A DNA stretch of 64,000 nucleotides from Octopus bimaculoides (GCF_001194135.2 NC_068992.1:45631817-45695816), one strand, 5' to 3'. Counted from the stretch's first letter, positions 1 through 13,295 are shown. Numbers and translations: made by a program. The notes: generated by a model not told the origin, from the letters alone.

Positions 1-6
1 TTATAA

Positions 7-172
7 CTAGGAAGCTGCACCGCTTCCTGTCGGCCTTGACACATTTCCTGTGTCCTTATGTTTACAAGGGGGAGACAAGCACCTCCACCCAGCTAAGTCT
101 GCATCCATAGTCATGTTTCTGAGTCTTTGCTCGTCATCAGTCTGGAGTAGATGACTTGCTAGTCGAAGATGC
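7..172 (-). CDS. Candidate terminal coding exon of an unidentified minus-strand gene
   Basis: Minus strand reads cttgacag|G CAT CTT..., then an open frame HLRLASHLLQTDDEQRLRNMTMDADLAGWRCLSPPCKHKDTGNVSRPTGSGAAS ending in TAG at 7-9. GC is higher than the flanks. No homology recognised. Confidence 0.35.
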
Positions 173-335
173 CTGTCAAGCTATTGTAAACATAATAATT
201 CTAGTGAAATACATTAACTGATTTCAAATTTAGAAATAATACATTTCTAAATCTCTCAGAGAAATTTATGCAGTAGTGATACAATGAAGTAGTTGTATGC
301 TGTCAACTTATTTCTGATTTAAAATTTCAGCAAAA

Positions 336-540
336 AGCCAGGAATTTCTGAGGAGGTGTTTAGTCGATGTAATCTACCCCAGGACTCATATGTCATTTAT
401 CCTTCTTATTTTTTTTTTCCATTCCAAAGGGATGAAAATTAAAATCGACCTCAGTGGAATTTGAACTCAGGACATTAAGACGGACGAAATGCCGATGAGC
501 AAATTGTCCGGCCTGCTAACGTTTATACCAGCTCACTGCC
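336..540 (-). mobile_element. tRNA-type SINE, family A (dominant family in this window), diverged
   Basis: The reverse complement matches the other copies here: ggcagtgagctgg...cgttagca...ttcgtccgtc...gagttcaaattcc..gaggtcga...tcatcc...ggggtagattacatcgac. Confidence 0.8.
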
Positions 541-584
541 TTATTGCTACATAAAACATCAAGACTTGAACTGTTTAATTATAC

Positions 585-638
585 ATCTGGAAAGTAGTTA
601 TAGAATATAGCATGACTTCTGTGTAATCATGTCTGCCA
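585..638 (-). CDS. Candidate 54-nt internal exon (phase 2-2)
   Basis: Minus strand has a poly-T acceptor tttttttttaacag|, then T GGC AGA... giving GRHDYTEVMLYSITTFQ, then AT|gtataa (weak donor). This is the only frame open through to the donor, and it is phase-compatible with exon 7-172. Confidence 0.3.
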
Positions 639-1708
639 CTGTTAAAAAAAAAAAACGTTGTCTGGAAACATTATATAAGTATTTAGTTTGATTAATAGTG
701 GAAAATGATTGCGCATTCAAAAACATATCCCTGGGGTGGCCAAACTGCAGCAGGCGACCACCATGTGCCTCTTTAACTATTGACATGCACCTATCTGACA
801 GTGAAGATACGTTGGCTGAGTTCTTATTTTATATATTTCATCACCCTGAATATAAAAGTTAAAAGTTAAATAAAAAGAATTCAAGCTTTATATTTATTTA
901 TTGATCATGAATTGATACCAGCTGTGTAATGCAGTCGGAGCGGCTTGTCTTCAGTTTCGGAAAAGGGGAACGACATTCCGACAGAGATTCAAATGTATAA
1001 TGTATAATTGAAATGGATATTTAAATTTCTCTACTTCTGTTTTATTTGAGTTTTGCACTCTCCGACTTACTTACCATGTTTCCCATTGAAGCTGTAATCA
1101 GGTAGATACATATAAGACTATCAAGATGTGCCGTTTGCATGTATAATGTTATTTTCAAATCTCTTTGCAAAGTACGCAACATTCTGTTACACACACTTGA
1201 AATTGACAATAAATGGGAAAAATCTTAATCTTTCACTACTTGTCACAATTCTTTTCCAGCAATATTCGCTGTCACATTATCTGCTTAAAATAATGTTGCT
1301 GTCCTTTATTAACTCAATAATTTATACTATTTTACTTCATAATGAAACACACATCCCCTAAAATAATGAGCAATGCTAGATCTGCGCGTGGCATCGTTCT
1401 TTAATGCTGAGGGTAGGAAAGATGGGAACCAGTGGAGTTAAAGAAATTTGTGGTCAGTAAGTGTTACAAAATAACCTTTGAGTCTTATCTGCCATATGCC
1501 ACTTGGTCATTGCAAAGCCAGCATCTTGAAATGCTACTATGAACAAACCACGAACATTTTACGCTTGATTATCTACCTAAATTAGAATTAAGGAAAATCA
1601 TGTTAATTATGTTAAAATCCTCGCTAAATAGCTAACATATACTGTTGACAACGGTGAGCAAGGATGCCGATACGACTGAAGCCAGGCTTGTTATATTATG
1701 GAATATTG

Positions 1709-1753
<45 letters not shown>

Positions 1754-1892
1754 GATTTTGTATGTGTCTGAACGAGGTAGCACTAGTCTACTTGTGTAAA
1801 TGTGTATCAACCTAGTGGTGGTTCAGCTACGTAGGCACCTATAAAACAATTAGTGAAAGCGTGGTACAAACTTATGAGAGATGGCTAAGACC

Positions 1893-1939
<47 letters not shown>

Positions 1940-3473
1940 GCGCACGCACATACACCTACACAATCATATGCATGCGTGCATGTTCGTATATGTATAACTA
2001 TGTATTTATAGAAATGTATATAACATCGGAGTGGTGAGTTTACAGAGTAAATAAGGATGAGAGAAAGATAGTTTTATTGTAACTCACGTTTATGGAAAAT
2101 ATTTATAATCTCCACTGTCTACTTCTCGTCACCTTCAGTAAAGATACCCATTAGTGTACGAACAAAAGTTGATCCATTCTCTATAGAATTCACGTCCACA
2201 ATTGTTATAACTACCTATTTATTTTTATTCAACTAACATCAGATTTCAAGACACCTAGACTACATTTGCTAGACATCTTTTTTTACTTAGTCTACCACTT
2301 GCCGGACCTTAACTTCGATATCTTTTGTATTATCAGCTTTCTGAAAACAGCATTGATTAACTTTCGTGTTTATTCTCTCATTTTCTTTTCGATATGTTTT
2401 CTTTATATTGCACTTTTTTTTTTTTTTCATCTCACTCTTTCTCTCTCTCACCTTCTCTGTTCTTGCGCGCTCTCTCTCTCTCTGTCTCTCATTTCCCCCT
2501 TCTCTCACTCTCTCTCACTCTCCTTTATACTTCTTCACTTGCCATCTCGTGTTTTAACGTCACGACATTACAACTGATGAGGCCATAGCGGTTTCCTAAC
2601 TCTGATAAATGTGCCAACATCGTGCCACACAAAATCAAAGAGATAGACAGACAGATTGGATAGAGAGATAGATGTAGAGAAAACCAGTGTGTAGAGGAAA
2701 GAGACGAAGTGGAAGACGTACACGCAAACATTTCGCTTTCTCTCTCTCTCTCTCTCTCTCTCAAACACACACACATGCAAATACATACACTACCATCACT
2801 AACAACAACAGCAACAACTCCACACTTATTATTTGCGTGTATTTTGAGAACCATACATATATTCCGTTACTTCTTTCTTTGTAACTGAGATTTTGCTGTA
2901 TAAATGTTAGTAGTGCTATTTCTGAATAATGTGTGTGTGTGGATCTCCGTCAATTTCGACGGCAAGGATTCATTTGATGCTGTAGCTTAATAGCCTTTGT
3001 GCTATGGAAACATTATATTGATGAAAATCGTGCAGTAAAATGGTTTTACTGCAGCGCCACACGTATTTTCTTCTTAATATTAAGCTATAATATCAACTGA
3101 ATATTTGTTCACGAAAGCGACGGAGTTTCATATGCGCGCACACGAAGCACATCACATATAATGGCCTATACAAAAAAGTCTTCCCACGTTGTGAGATACA
3201 TAAAGTGGTTATTGCCAAGTTCCTCGTCCTCTTGCAGTTCTTTCTGCCCCTATTCAAATGTCTGTGCGATTGAGATCTTGCCCGAATGTTCGACAATACA
3301 ACATTCTTGAAGTGGTCTTTTTTATCTCTTTTTCTACTTCTCATATAGCCATTAAAACTGTTGTTGTTTGCTGTGTAGCAAGAAGTCACAAAATGTCACG
3401 TACTAGGCGAAACAGACGCAGCTCCACGATGGATTGACTTCGTAAAAAAAATTGTTATATTTTCTCTCTCCAG

Positions 3474-3552
3474 GGTGTCTAGAGGAATCATAGCAAACGC
3501 TGATGGAGTGTGTCTTGCATCAAAACCTCCTCTGCCGCCATATTCTTCTTGA
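3474..3552 (+). CDS. Candidate terminal exon (VSRGIIANADGVCLASKPPLPPYSS*)
   Basis: Strong acceptor ttttctctctccag| at 3473, 25 open codons, stop TGA at 3550-3552, then AT-rich sequence. No homology recognised; overlaps a stop-poor minus frame. Confidence 0.25.
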
Positions 3553-3728
3553 TGGCTTCAAAGAATTATTGTTAAATTTGTAATTGTTGTAAATGTATTG
3601 ATAATCTACATGTTATTTTATTTTTAAATCTATATAGAGATTTATTTGTATGTCTACTGTAAAACTAAATGCCAGTCGGTTTCTACATTCATTGTAAATC
3701 TATTTTAACACTAGCGCCCTGAGGGTAA

Positions 3729-4095
3729 TATTCTCTGGCAACGCACAAAAGCCCTTTTCAGAGTTATTTACTTTGAATTGATATTATCTCATATCTGATT
3801 AGTCTGTTATTACGTAACATGCTTCACGATTTTAGTGTACATACCTTATTCGTATTTCCTCTTAAGTTCTATATATTCTGGGAACGCATTAAAGCCCTTT
3901 TCGGGGCTACTTTATTTGAATTCTTACTATCGGGTAACTAATTTCATGTTATTACATAACTGACTTCACAATTTGGGTATTCATAACTTATTGGGAATTC
4001 CTAAAAACAAGATCCTGTGTAAGACATTTCGGTATTCTCTGTAAATGCACGAAAACCGTTTTAAGGGCTACATACTTTGTGTTGTTATTGGATTA
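3729..4095. repeat. Degenerate tandem repeat, ~145-159-bp unit, ~2.4 copies
   Basis: Units start at 3729, 3874 and 4033 with tattct..gg.aacgca..aaagcccttt..., followed by gttattac.taac...cttcac.att. Confidence 0.75.
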
Positions 4096-4990
4096 GCGAA
4101 GCAATTATGAGAACGGAACCAAAGGATTAACTCCGTTTTTCTGGGAATTACCGGGTACGTCAGCTAGTTATACATACATTCACTTGACTAGACGTTCATA
4201 AATAATTATGGAAAATGATTCTGTTACCAGACATCTGAGAAAAACAGCGGTATTGATATTTATCAAAATGTAGTTACTATGACAAGAAGCATGCAAACAA
4301 TAGTGTAAACATTTTAAACATTTGTAAACACATTCTTTGCTGTTTCTTCGCTGCATAAGGTAATATATCATTATCTACAATGATGCTTCTTTAAACAGAC
4401 ACTGATGTCCATATAAGCGGATATCGTTGAAAAATGTAAACTATGAAACACAAGGGATGACTTGATATTGGTAGAGAACAACTAAAGAAAGCCTTTAATT
4501 AGAATATAAATCTCTCAGTTGCAATCATGTGACCTATCAGTGTCTTTCTTTACCTTTCTGGTTTTAAACAAGCTATTTCTTTCGTAAAAAACTATACATC
4601 TTTCTTAATATAGTATCTTTTAGTACATACTCTATGGTTTATAGGATAAACTTATTGTGAGAGGTTTTACTCCAACACAATCCTCATAATACATCGAAAC
4701 ATAAAGAACGGAATACGTGACTCCAATAATCTAATATCAATGAAGCTCCTTATGAAAACAGAAACTACGATTGTGTTGTTGCTAAGCACGTGCTCAAATG
4801 GTAAGCTATGGTTTTTAATGAAAGTATTTCTTCGGAGCAACACTAATTATTCCCACATAAACAGAATTTAAGCATTCATATTCTGAGTGATGCAAATTAT
4901 AATTATTTTCACACACACACACACATACACACAGACGAGCGCGTGTGTGCATGACTCCACGCGTGGGTGAATCTGCATGTGCGTGCGTGC

Positions 4991-5039
<49 letters not shown>

Positions 5040-5512
5040 ATGTGTGTTTCTGTTTGTGTTTGTATCATTTTATTGTATCATATTTCATGGCAAATTAATG
5101 TTACTTATTGGAAATATAGAGGCAATTAAACGTATTATTTTCAAGACTAACATAGTCATTACCATCATTCTTATTCTTCTTCTCTTTCTTTTTCTTAATA
5201 ATAGTAATAGTATCATCATTAACATTATTATTTTTATTCCCAACAATATTATTGTTCCAATGTGAGTGCGCGCGCACATCGTGATGTGTCCCTAAGCAAG
5301 AAACTTAACTTTCTTTGCCCCCAAATCTCTCTTCAATCAAATAAATGATTTCTTCCTATTAGTCATCTTGCTTTTCATATTGTTGTTGGTTTTGTGCTGT
5401 TGGCAACACTATTGTTGTTGCTGTTGTTGCCTATATTGTTGTGATTGACATTGTTTATTAGAACTGTTGTTGCTTTCAATATGTGGAGATTTTTCTCATC
5501 GATTGAGTGTGC

Positions 5513-5560
<48 letters not shown>

Positions 5561-7039
5561 GCAAATACACACACATACACACATTTACCCACACACACAT
5601 GCATATGCAGAGACACACGCATAAACACACACACACACACTTCGACCATTGTTGTGATGAACTTAACAATTATGTTCATTAATATATGAAGAATATATTC
5701 GCCTCTATATTCACTTCCCGTTCGCCGTAGGTGTGTACACACATCGTTGTTGACTATTGATTCATTGATACAGTTCTGCCAATGCTTTTTCAACGAACTA
5801 CATATTGTACTCTTTCTTCATACACTTTTCTTGTACTCTTCCTTTACCTAAACTTCTTGTAAATCATTAAGTATTTGTAAAAGTGTGTATTTGTTTCCCT
5901 CATCAAAGCTATTGTATCAAATTACTCTGGTAATTGTCCTCGCTTCCATATCGATAACATAATCTGTTTACCGATTCCTAAAAGTTTGTGTTAAAAATAT
6001 TTTTTGCTTCTAAACATATATTTCCCTATCCTTTCCTGATATTTCTTTAATCCCGTGGACTAGGAAATTATTCGTAATCACAATCCTTTTATTTATTCAC
6101 CTTTTTTTCACAATTCCTTCCGGATTGTTTTTTTTTTAGTTTGTCCTCTGTTAATCTCATTAGTTATTCCCCGTTTTAGCTGCTTCAATCATCTTTATCC
6201 TATATTCCATTAAAATCGAAATCTTCCTGTACAGTTCTTTTATCTATTCTTTGTTAATTATGTTATTTCTATTATTACTTTATTAATCATTATTTCAAAA
6301 ATAATTGATCTTTGTTTCGAAAATTATAAATAGCAATATTTGGGGAAAAACCTTTATACCTATGATCAACATCGATAAATAACACCCAGGACAAAAACTG
6401 CCATGTGAATGAACTAAAATACTTACATATCCAAGAAACGTTATTTTCTGGAATAAATAGCCTATCACTATGTCCACTGAAGTTACTCTGTATCATTCTA
6501 GTTGCACCAGCCACAAGTGTAAAATTTAACGGAATGTTTTTTATTCGAAATAAAAAACAATGTTGTCAATTATTCGTTATTCATCTCATAACAGGATTGT
6601 CATTTACACTGTCGACAATCAGTTAGCTACTATCATAAAAAATTATATCAGAATGTTTCTTTGGAATAGCAGTTTATTTATATACTAATGTTCCATAGCA
6701 TTTTCAGTGCGTCATTTTCTCAGATAAGCGGTGTTATATCTGTACCACAAAACATTTTTCGTTGAAACTGTTGATATGATGAGGTCGTCGTACGAAGAAA
6801 ACCTATACCTCTTCGAGTATAATTTGTAGTTAGTGTAGGCAGTTCTAATGAATAATTTTCAGTTTTATTATTATTATTATTATTAGACTCGCCTCAGCAG
6901 AGTCTACTAACCATCTCATGTAGCTATATGTCACTAGAGAGTCGGGTTAAAAAGCCTCGTCAGGTGAGCTTACATAGGCGACCAATTGACAAAATAAATT
7001 GGTATCAGAAATTTAAGACGAAATGTTATATGCTAAACA

Positions 7040-7400
7040 CATTGAAGGGAAAAATCAAATATCTCAAGGGCTAGACATACAAGTAGCCCACTCCGGCCCC
7101 TCTCTGAGAGAACACTTCGCAAAGAAATGAATAAGGGACAACAATCAATGCACACTAACAAATTGTCCCGTCCGTGACACAGATTCATGCCAACGGGTAA
7201 ATGTTGTGTATAGAATACAATGTAACAAATGCAACAAGTTCTATGTGGGTAGCACAACAAGACCGTTACACGTCCGCATCAAAGAACATCTGAACACGAG
7301 AGCCTCCTCCTTCAGAAAACATCTAGACAGATGCCGGAACACTGACAAAAGCATAACAGTCACAATTGAGGACAATGAAAGAAATCTGGGTAATTTAAGA
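7040..7400 (+). mobile_element. Penelope-like element fragment: Cys linker plus GIY-YIG endonuclease
   Basis: One frame reads LDIQVAHSGPSLREHF..K*IRDNNQCTLTNCPVRDTDSCQRVNVVYRIQCNKCNKFYVGSTTRPLHVRIKEHL. The VVY..C..C..YVG.T...L..R..EH pattern is the PLE GIY-YIG signature. Confidence 0.85.
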
Positions 7401-7499
7401 ATTATTATTATTATTATTGTTGTTGTTGTTGTTGTTATTATTATTTGATGAAAACTCTGTTTATTTTGCTGGGTATGATGGAAAGTGTCAACTGTTTAC

Positions 7500-7650
7500 A
7501 GCTGCAAATTCCACAGATGTCGACTTCATCCCTTTGAGGTCAATAAAATAAATATCAGTTGAATATTGTTGTCGTTAAAATAGACTACAACCCCCATTTA
7601 ATAGTTCTGGCCTTACACCAAAATTCGAAAGAATTTTTATTAATATTATT
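7500..7650 (+). mobile_element. SINE family A, 5'-truncated and diverged, with ATT/GTT tail
   Basis: caaattccacagatgtcgacttcatccctttgaggtcaataaaataaatatcagttg...ctggccttacaccaaaattcgaaag, followed by (att/gtt)n. Confidence 0.7.
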
Positions 7651-7704
7651 GTTGTTGTTGTTGCTGTTGTTGTTGTTGTTGTTGTTGTTGTTATCATTAT
7701 CTTT

Positions 7705-8440
7705 GGTCCTTTTGCCATACTAGCACTTTCCGTATCTTCCTAACCAGTCCACATATTTGTGATCTCTACCATGTTACCAACATTTGATAAATGATGTTGT
7801 AATGTAACGATGGCGTTTGTGCTGAAAATCATAGCTCATTCTTATTTCCGATAGTTTCCACATTGGTTCGATTATCTTTCAGGTCACAAGTATAAATGAA
7901 CCAAATTCTACTTGGAAATATTCCTTTATAACCTCTTCCCACCTCATAATTCTTCTCTTTTCAAACACATAACTCTGTTCTATCCTCTATCAATTGTTCC
8001 TAGTTTTCTGCATCAAGTTATATTATTCAACGCAGATTACTGCTTATACTTGTAGTTTATTTCATTCATCCTCTATGTATGTATCTCTATAGCTTTATCT
8101 TCCGATAACGTTATTCGTTTTACAATTTGAATCATTGAAATATTGTGGATTCATGCTCGTCAGTCAATCAATATAAGTTTACATATGAGTGATTTTTTTT
8201 CTTTCCTTATTGATACTCTCTTGCTGCGCTTAGACATTAATCTTGTGCTTCTGAGGAAACTATTGATCCCAATCTGGCCTCAATCTGTTCAATCTAATAC
8301 ATCGTCGTCGTATTATCTCTGTATTGACGGTTCAGCTAGCCAGTTTATCCTTTCGGTTCTATTTCTAGCTACGATATATTCTGTCTTCACGTCTATCAGA
8401 TATCTCCCTGTTTCACTGTTGTCATGGATCGAAATATATT
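7705..8440 (-). mobile_element. Highly decayed R4/Dong-type non-LTR element (RT thumb to Zn-knuckle region)
   Basis: Frameshifted minus-strand pieces (RINWLAEPSIQR*YDDDVLD*T; SNQ..GNYRK*E*AMIF) resemble the AINxxAVPVxRYxxxxxxWT and pre-CCHC segments of R4-clade ORFs. Recognised by eye only. Confidence 0.45.
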
Positions 8441-9239
8441 TCAGTTGGTTCACTTTAAATTCAAAGTGATACTATGGAGTCTTCAGAAGTGTAATGGAAT
8501 AAAAGAAAAACAGTTATTAAAATATTAAGGTTGATTATGATGGATAGTGAAAGATAGCTTTCATTTATCGACTTTCGATTAACGATAAACCTGGAAAAAG
8601 TCCGAAATTACTTCATACTTTCATTGTACAGAAACCTAATTCCCCTAAAATGACTGTAGTTGACAGATGTTATTTTGAGGTGTATCGAATATCTTCAACG
8701 CGGGATTCGGCTGCTATTGTTTTAAAGATCGTGGAAGAGTAAACATCGGCGGTAGGCGTTTGAAGACAGGCTTAAGTTGACAATTTTTTTGGTAAAGAAT
8801 ATCATATGCTAGGAATAGTTGCTGGAGTAGATATAATAAGAAACTACCTTCTTATAGGTTGGGAGATGGAATATTTTACTGGAATTTTGTTGTTCCACCT
8901 AAACACATTTTATTTGACATTTTCTCAGTTCCTTTTGCTGTCGTGAATAGGTAATAGCCATTCTTACAGAGTAAAAACAAAAAAACAATCATTAAAGATT
9001 AAGAAGGTTGAAGCATAAATATCTCGTTTTTCAACCAGGTTTTATACTTCTATCGAGCAAAAGGGAAGGAAGCTAAATGGTTGAATACTAACATGAAATA
9101 TCACTTTGTGACGATAAGGTCGTCGGAAACGTCTTTTCGTGTCTGGTGTACGACTGGAAAATTAACAGAACGCAATACTTTATTAATAGTTTCTGCCATG
9201 CTATTATCTGTTTTTTTTTCAGACAAGTCTTGTGAGAAA

Positions 9240-9345
9240 GTCGTATACCAGCTGTACACTGGCGTAATGTAATCGACTGTCCCTACACCATAGAATTTAA
9301 CGCCTTGTGCCTATAGTAGATAGAATTGTTATTATTATTATTATT
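9240..9345 (+). mobile_element. SINE family A, 3' half
   Basis: taccagctgtacactggcgtaatgtaatcgactgtccctacaccatagaatttaacgccttgtgcctatagtagatagaattgttattatt matches the 3' end of the other copies. Confidence 0.7.
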
Positions 9346-9375
9346 GCTGTTGTTGTTGTTGTTCTTGTTATTATT

Positions 9376-9675
9376 CATATAGACACAACAGATTAGACTG
9401 TTGGAAAACATCCTAACATCGGGCTACAACAGTTAACATTAGATGCCAAAAACCATCTTGAGTATCCTGACTGTCGCTAATAACACTGTTTTCTGGAACT
9501 GTACTAAACTGGCTTTTATGCCTATTTCCTCTAGCCATCTATTCAAATATTTAGGGATAGTTATCAATACACCTATAAATACAGGGATACATTTCAGCTG
9601 CATATTCCATTGACTCTGTAATTCAATGTCTAGGTCCTGGTACTCTGCTATTTTTCTATACCTCTCATGCTGATT
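9376..9675 (-). mobile_element. R4/Dong-type LINE 3' end (RLE C-terminus, 3' UTR, AAT/AAC tail)
   Basis: Minus frame KIAEYQDLDIELQSQWNMQLKCIPVFIGVLITIPKYLNRWLEEIGIKASLVQFQKTVLLATVRILKMVFGI* (stop at 9439-9441). This matches the characteristic KY.DL..E....W....IPV.IG.LG...QK..LLGT.RIL..VL end of the clade. Confidence 0.85.
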
Positions 9676-9736
9676 TTTGCATCATTTGAGATTGTAAAGT
9701 CAATTATCTGGCACTTTCACTTTCTATTCCTTTTAT

Positions 9737-9848
<112 letters not shown>

Positions 9849-12800
9849 TTTTCAAACTTGTTTCTATGTCAAATTATTATTTAACTTCAGTTCTATATGG
9901 CTATTTCTATACCTCTAATGTTACTTACTCGATGAAGGTCATACGTTGTTATCTTATTTTTCTTATTTTCCTTCACTCATTGAATTACGTAGAAACCTAA
10001 ATTCCTTATTGTGACTATCTAAATCTCTGCTATTTAGTCTTTGTCAACATGAAGCTTCACTATAATATATCTTGTTTTATTTATTCCTGTCCATTTCCAT
10101 TCCAACACTGATACATAAAATAAACTTGTTTCAGAGCTATCACCGCGAAATTCACAGTTCCAGATTAAGATCTGACAATCTAATCTTATCATTTAATAAA
10201 AAGCGATTTTGGATAGAAAACAAAATTATAAATTGGTAATTGAATGTCGGTTCTGTTACTTAACCATTATGCCCAAGCAATGTTATTATCTTTATGATTG
10301 TTATTTACGCTTACTCCCAATGTCAGATCTGAACCGCTGCATCTATTTTTGAATGTATTCGAAACGTGCCAGCGAATTTTACTGCAGCAGAAATGCTTGA
10401 AAAATGGAGACAAACAACAGATATGGAGACATACGACAAAGAACAGAAATCCACCAAATGCCTCTACTCCCTTCTCTATTTAACAAATGCAACACGTATA
10501 TATCTCATATATGCAAATTTCGTAGTTATTTGTCACGATGCATATTGATATAACTAACAAAACAAGGGAAAAAGTCAAGAAAAAATATATTCGGAACTGA
10601 GGCTAAATCTCTTCGTTCTCGGTACAGATGTACCCTTATTCTAGTTTAAAGAATATCATAAATGTACATCAAAACTTATAGTAGTATCTGATTGTGATAA
10701 TTTACTCCAGATGACAGCATCAATCTGTTGTAGATTGTCGCTACAAAAGGATCAACAATCAGCTCACAAATTATATGATAAAAGGTCAAATTTTTCTAAT
10801 TCTTCTCTATTAGAACTCTCAACTCTTTATGGCTTTTCTGATTAACTGCTTTTACATCACAGAATCCAATATGGTATTGTATCGTCTGTATTCTATGTAA
10901 CGATAGCACATTTTCGAATATGTTTTCCAGTTATTGTGTATAGCGCGTGCTTTCTGCAAGAAAATAGAAAGACATTGTCTCTAAGGAATATTTCTTGTGT
11001 TAAGGAATTTCTTGGTAATAATTTCTCTTGAGATGATTTAACTGTTCTATATGTTGTTTATATATTTCTTGGTTATATCCTATTCTAAAATTGTATGGCT
11101 TAAACACTGACATATTAAAGAGTCTTTCAGTATTGTCAGTGAAATAACTGGTCTTGTTATTTTTTTTTGTGCTTTTTAAATATTACGTTAAATGTTTATT
11201 GATTTTCTATTGAAGCTGTTGTTAATATTTTGATATTTTTGTTGTGATTCTCGTCTGCACTATTTATTTTTCAGCCGCGTTGCCCATGTTTCCATTTTTA
11301 ATTCCGTCTCTCCACCTTTCTCAGTGCAGTATCCACTTTTTGGCGTGCTTCCATTCAAAACCTTCTTCTGGCATGGTGTCTTCACTTTCAATTCGCTCTG
11401 ACACTAGCACTCGGTGAACATCTTACGCTGATATATTACATAACTTAGTATTTCGATTTCAATTCAGTATGACCGTAGCAGTTAATCTCATAAACAAGTC
11501 CCTGTGATGGTAGTCGACAACTAAATGAAACACTAAAAATCACATTCTAACAGAGGTTTCAAAGAAATAAAAAATGAATACTGGTTTCCTTTTATGGCTT
11601 AATGACAGGAGAGAGGGTAGCACCAATGAATATTTGCAGAGTCTTGGAGGCCTCCTCCAATTAATTCTAAACATGTTGCCGAGGGAGCTATAGCTAGATC
11701 ATAGGTTACTTTTATTAGAAATGTTTTGAACAAGTGTTATATTTTATTCATAATCACTAGTATATTTTCAGCTGCCTTCAAGTAGGATGTATTTTCTTCA
11801 TGCTGGAGCACTACAACGCTTATTGTGTGTATTGTTGAACTTAATGTATATTGTGTTCACATTCATTAAAATGTTTTCTGATAGAACTGTAAGGCAACAG
11901 TTGAAGTAAAAGTGAGGACATTCCCCATGTATCAACGTCTTATTTACGACTTTTAAATTATAGAAAATCTGAATGTGTTTCCATCTTAAACTTATACTGC
12001 TTCTACTGTGCCTATTGACTTGCAATTGCACTTGAACATTTTCACTTTTCATGTATGTTGATGTCGAAACTCATTGTGCAGAATAAAATCATATCAAGTT
12101 CAAACTTAGTTCCGTAAACTGAGTACGTCTTTCAGCTTTTTCTTTTTCTCATACTGATGAATATATCAAATGCGAGGTGTTGTTTTCCAAGGGTATGCAG
12201 CTTTCTGTACGTAAAAATAATTATGATGTAGAATAATAAATGTGTGAAATAATTAATTCGCCTCAGGCGATTTGTTGTTTTCCAAACGTTATTCTATGTT
12301 GTCTCAGTTTAACTAGTTGTCAGAAATAGTATCAGCTCACCTAAGAATGGTACCGTCTCTGATCTGGTGACCAAGCGGGAGATTAATATTTCCTTCATTT
12401 CTCTCCGTGAGCTAAACACTGACAATGAAACAACTCCGGGGACTTAAAATAATCTTCATATACATACGTCAATATGTACACTAGACCAGACGTAATTTAA
12501 TTATGTTGACTAGAAGAAGAAAGTACAGTGACATCGAAAGGATACGAACAAGATAGCCTTCAGTTGATAAAATAACTTTGTATCGATTAAAATAGTTTCA
12601 AATAAATAGAGAACATAAAATGAAGACATACACCGTCTTATCGTTATAGTTTAATGTCGGAATCGTAAAAGACGTACAGTATAATGTGGGTATGTTCTAA
12701 TAAAAAAAAACATTAATTTACTTATCAAATATTTATGTATTGCACCTTGGTCAAGTTAGAAGCAGATCACGTCTGGGGTAAAATATAAATTTGAATAAAC

Positions 12801-13238
12801 AAAAAACAACCAACAAAAACTCCTTATTAATACACAATATTATATGACAATACCAATAGCGCTATGAATAGAAGAAAACTTTTCTGATAGACATTTTAAT
12901 GGTTTTTAGTCAATTTTAGCGACTGTAACAGATGAAGTTGTTACAGACTGTACTATCATTATCCCAGATGATTACTTAAACCATTATTTCCACCCGAGTC
13001 AACATTTTCTTTCGATACGCCAACATTACCCACTTAGTCAAAACACAGCCATTTTTGTCAATCACGTCTTTGTTCTTGTGTTTTTACGGTGTCCATCTTT
13101 GTTCGTGTTGTTGTTGTTACTATTATTATTATTATTATAACTGTTGTTATTATAGTTATTGCCTTAACCTATATCATTAAAATGTTTTATTTTACATCAC
13201 TCTATACAAACATTCTTTTCTCATATACATACATACAT

Positions 13239-13295
<57 letters not shown>

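Noticed and set aside
95-150. Minus-strand CTGATGA..GAAAC hammerhead-like core
   Set aside because: The 10.1-11.1 pair is C-A, stem III has a C-C mismatch and there is no stem I.
2930-2970. LAVEIDGDPH resembling a Vsr/DUF559 nuclease motif
   Set aside because: A short isolated match that runs into a CA repeat, with no other motifs.
3031-3053. 10-bp perfect hairpin
   Set aside because: About one is expected by chance in 64 kb of AT-rich DNA.
4740-4800. Signal-peptide-like first exon MKLLMKTETTIVLLLSTCSN|gtaagc
   Set aside because: The hydrophobic core is short, and no promoter or downstream partner exon was identified.
5790-6300. Possible decayed LINE/Penelope fragments here and at ~10800-11400, 37100-38000 and 45400-45900
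   Set aside because: Strand-biased composition suggests old retroelements, but no motif could be read reliably; RepeatMasker or blastx is needed.
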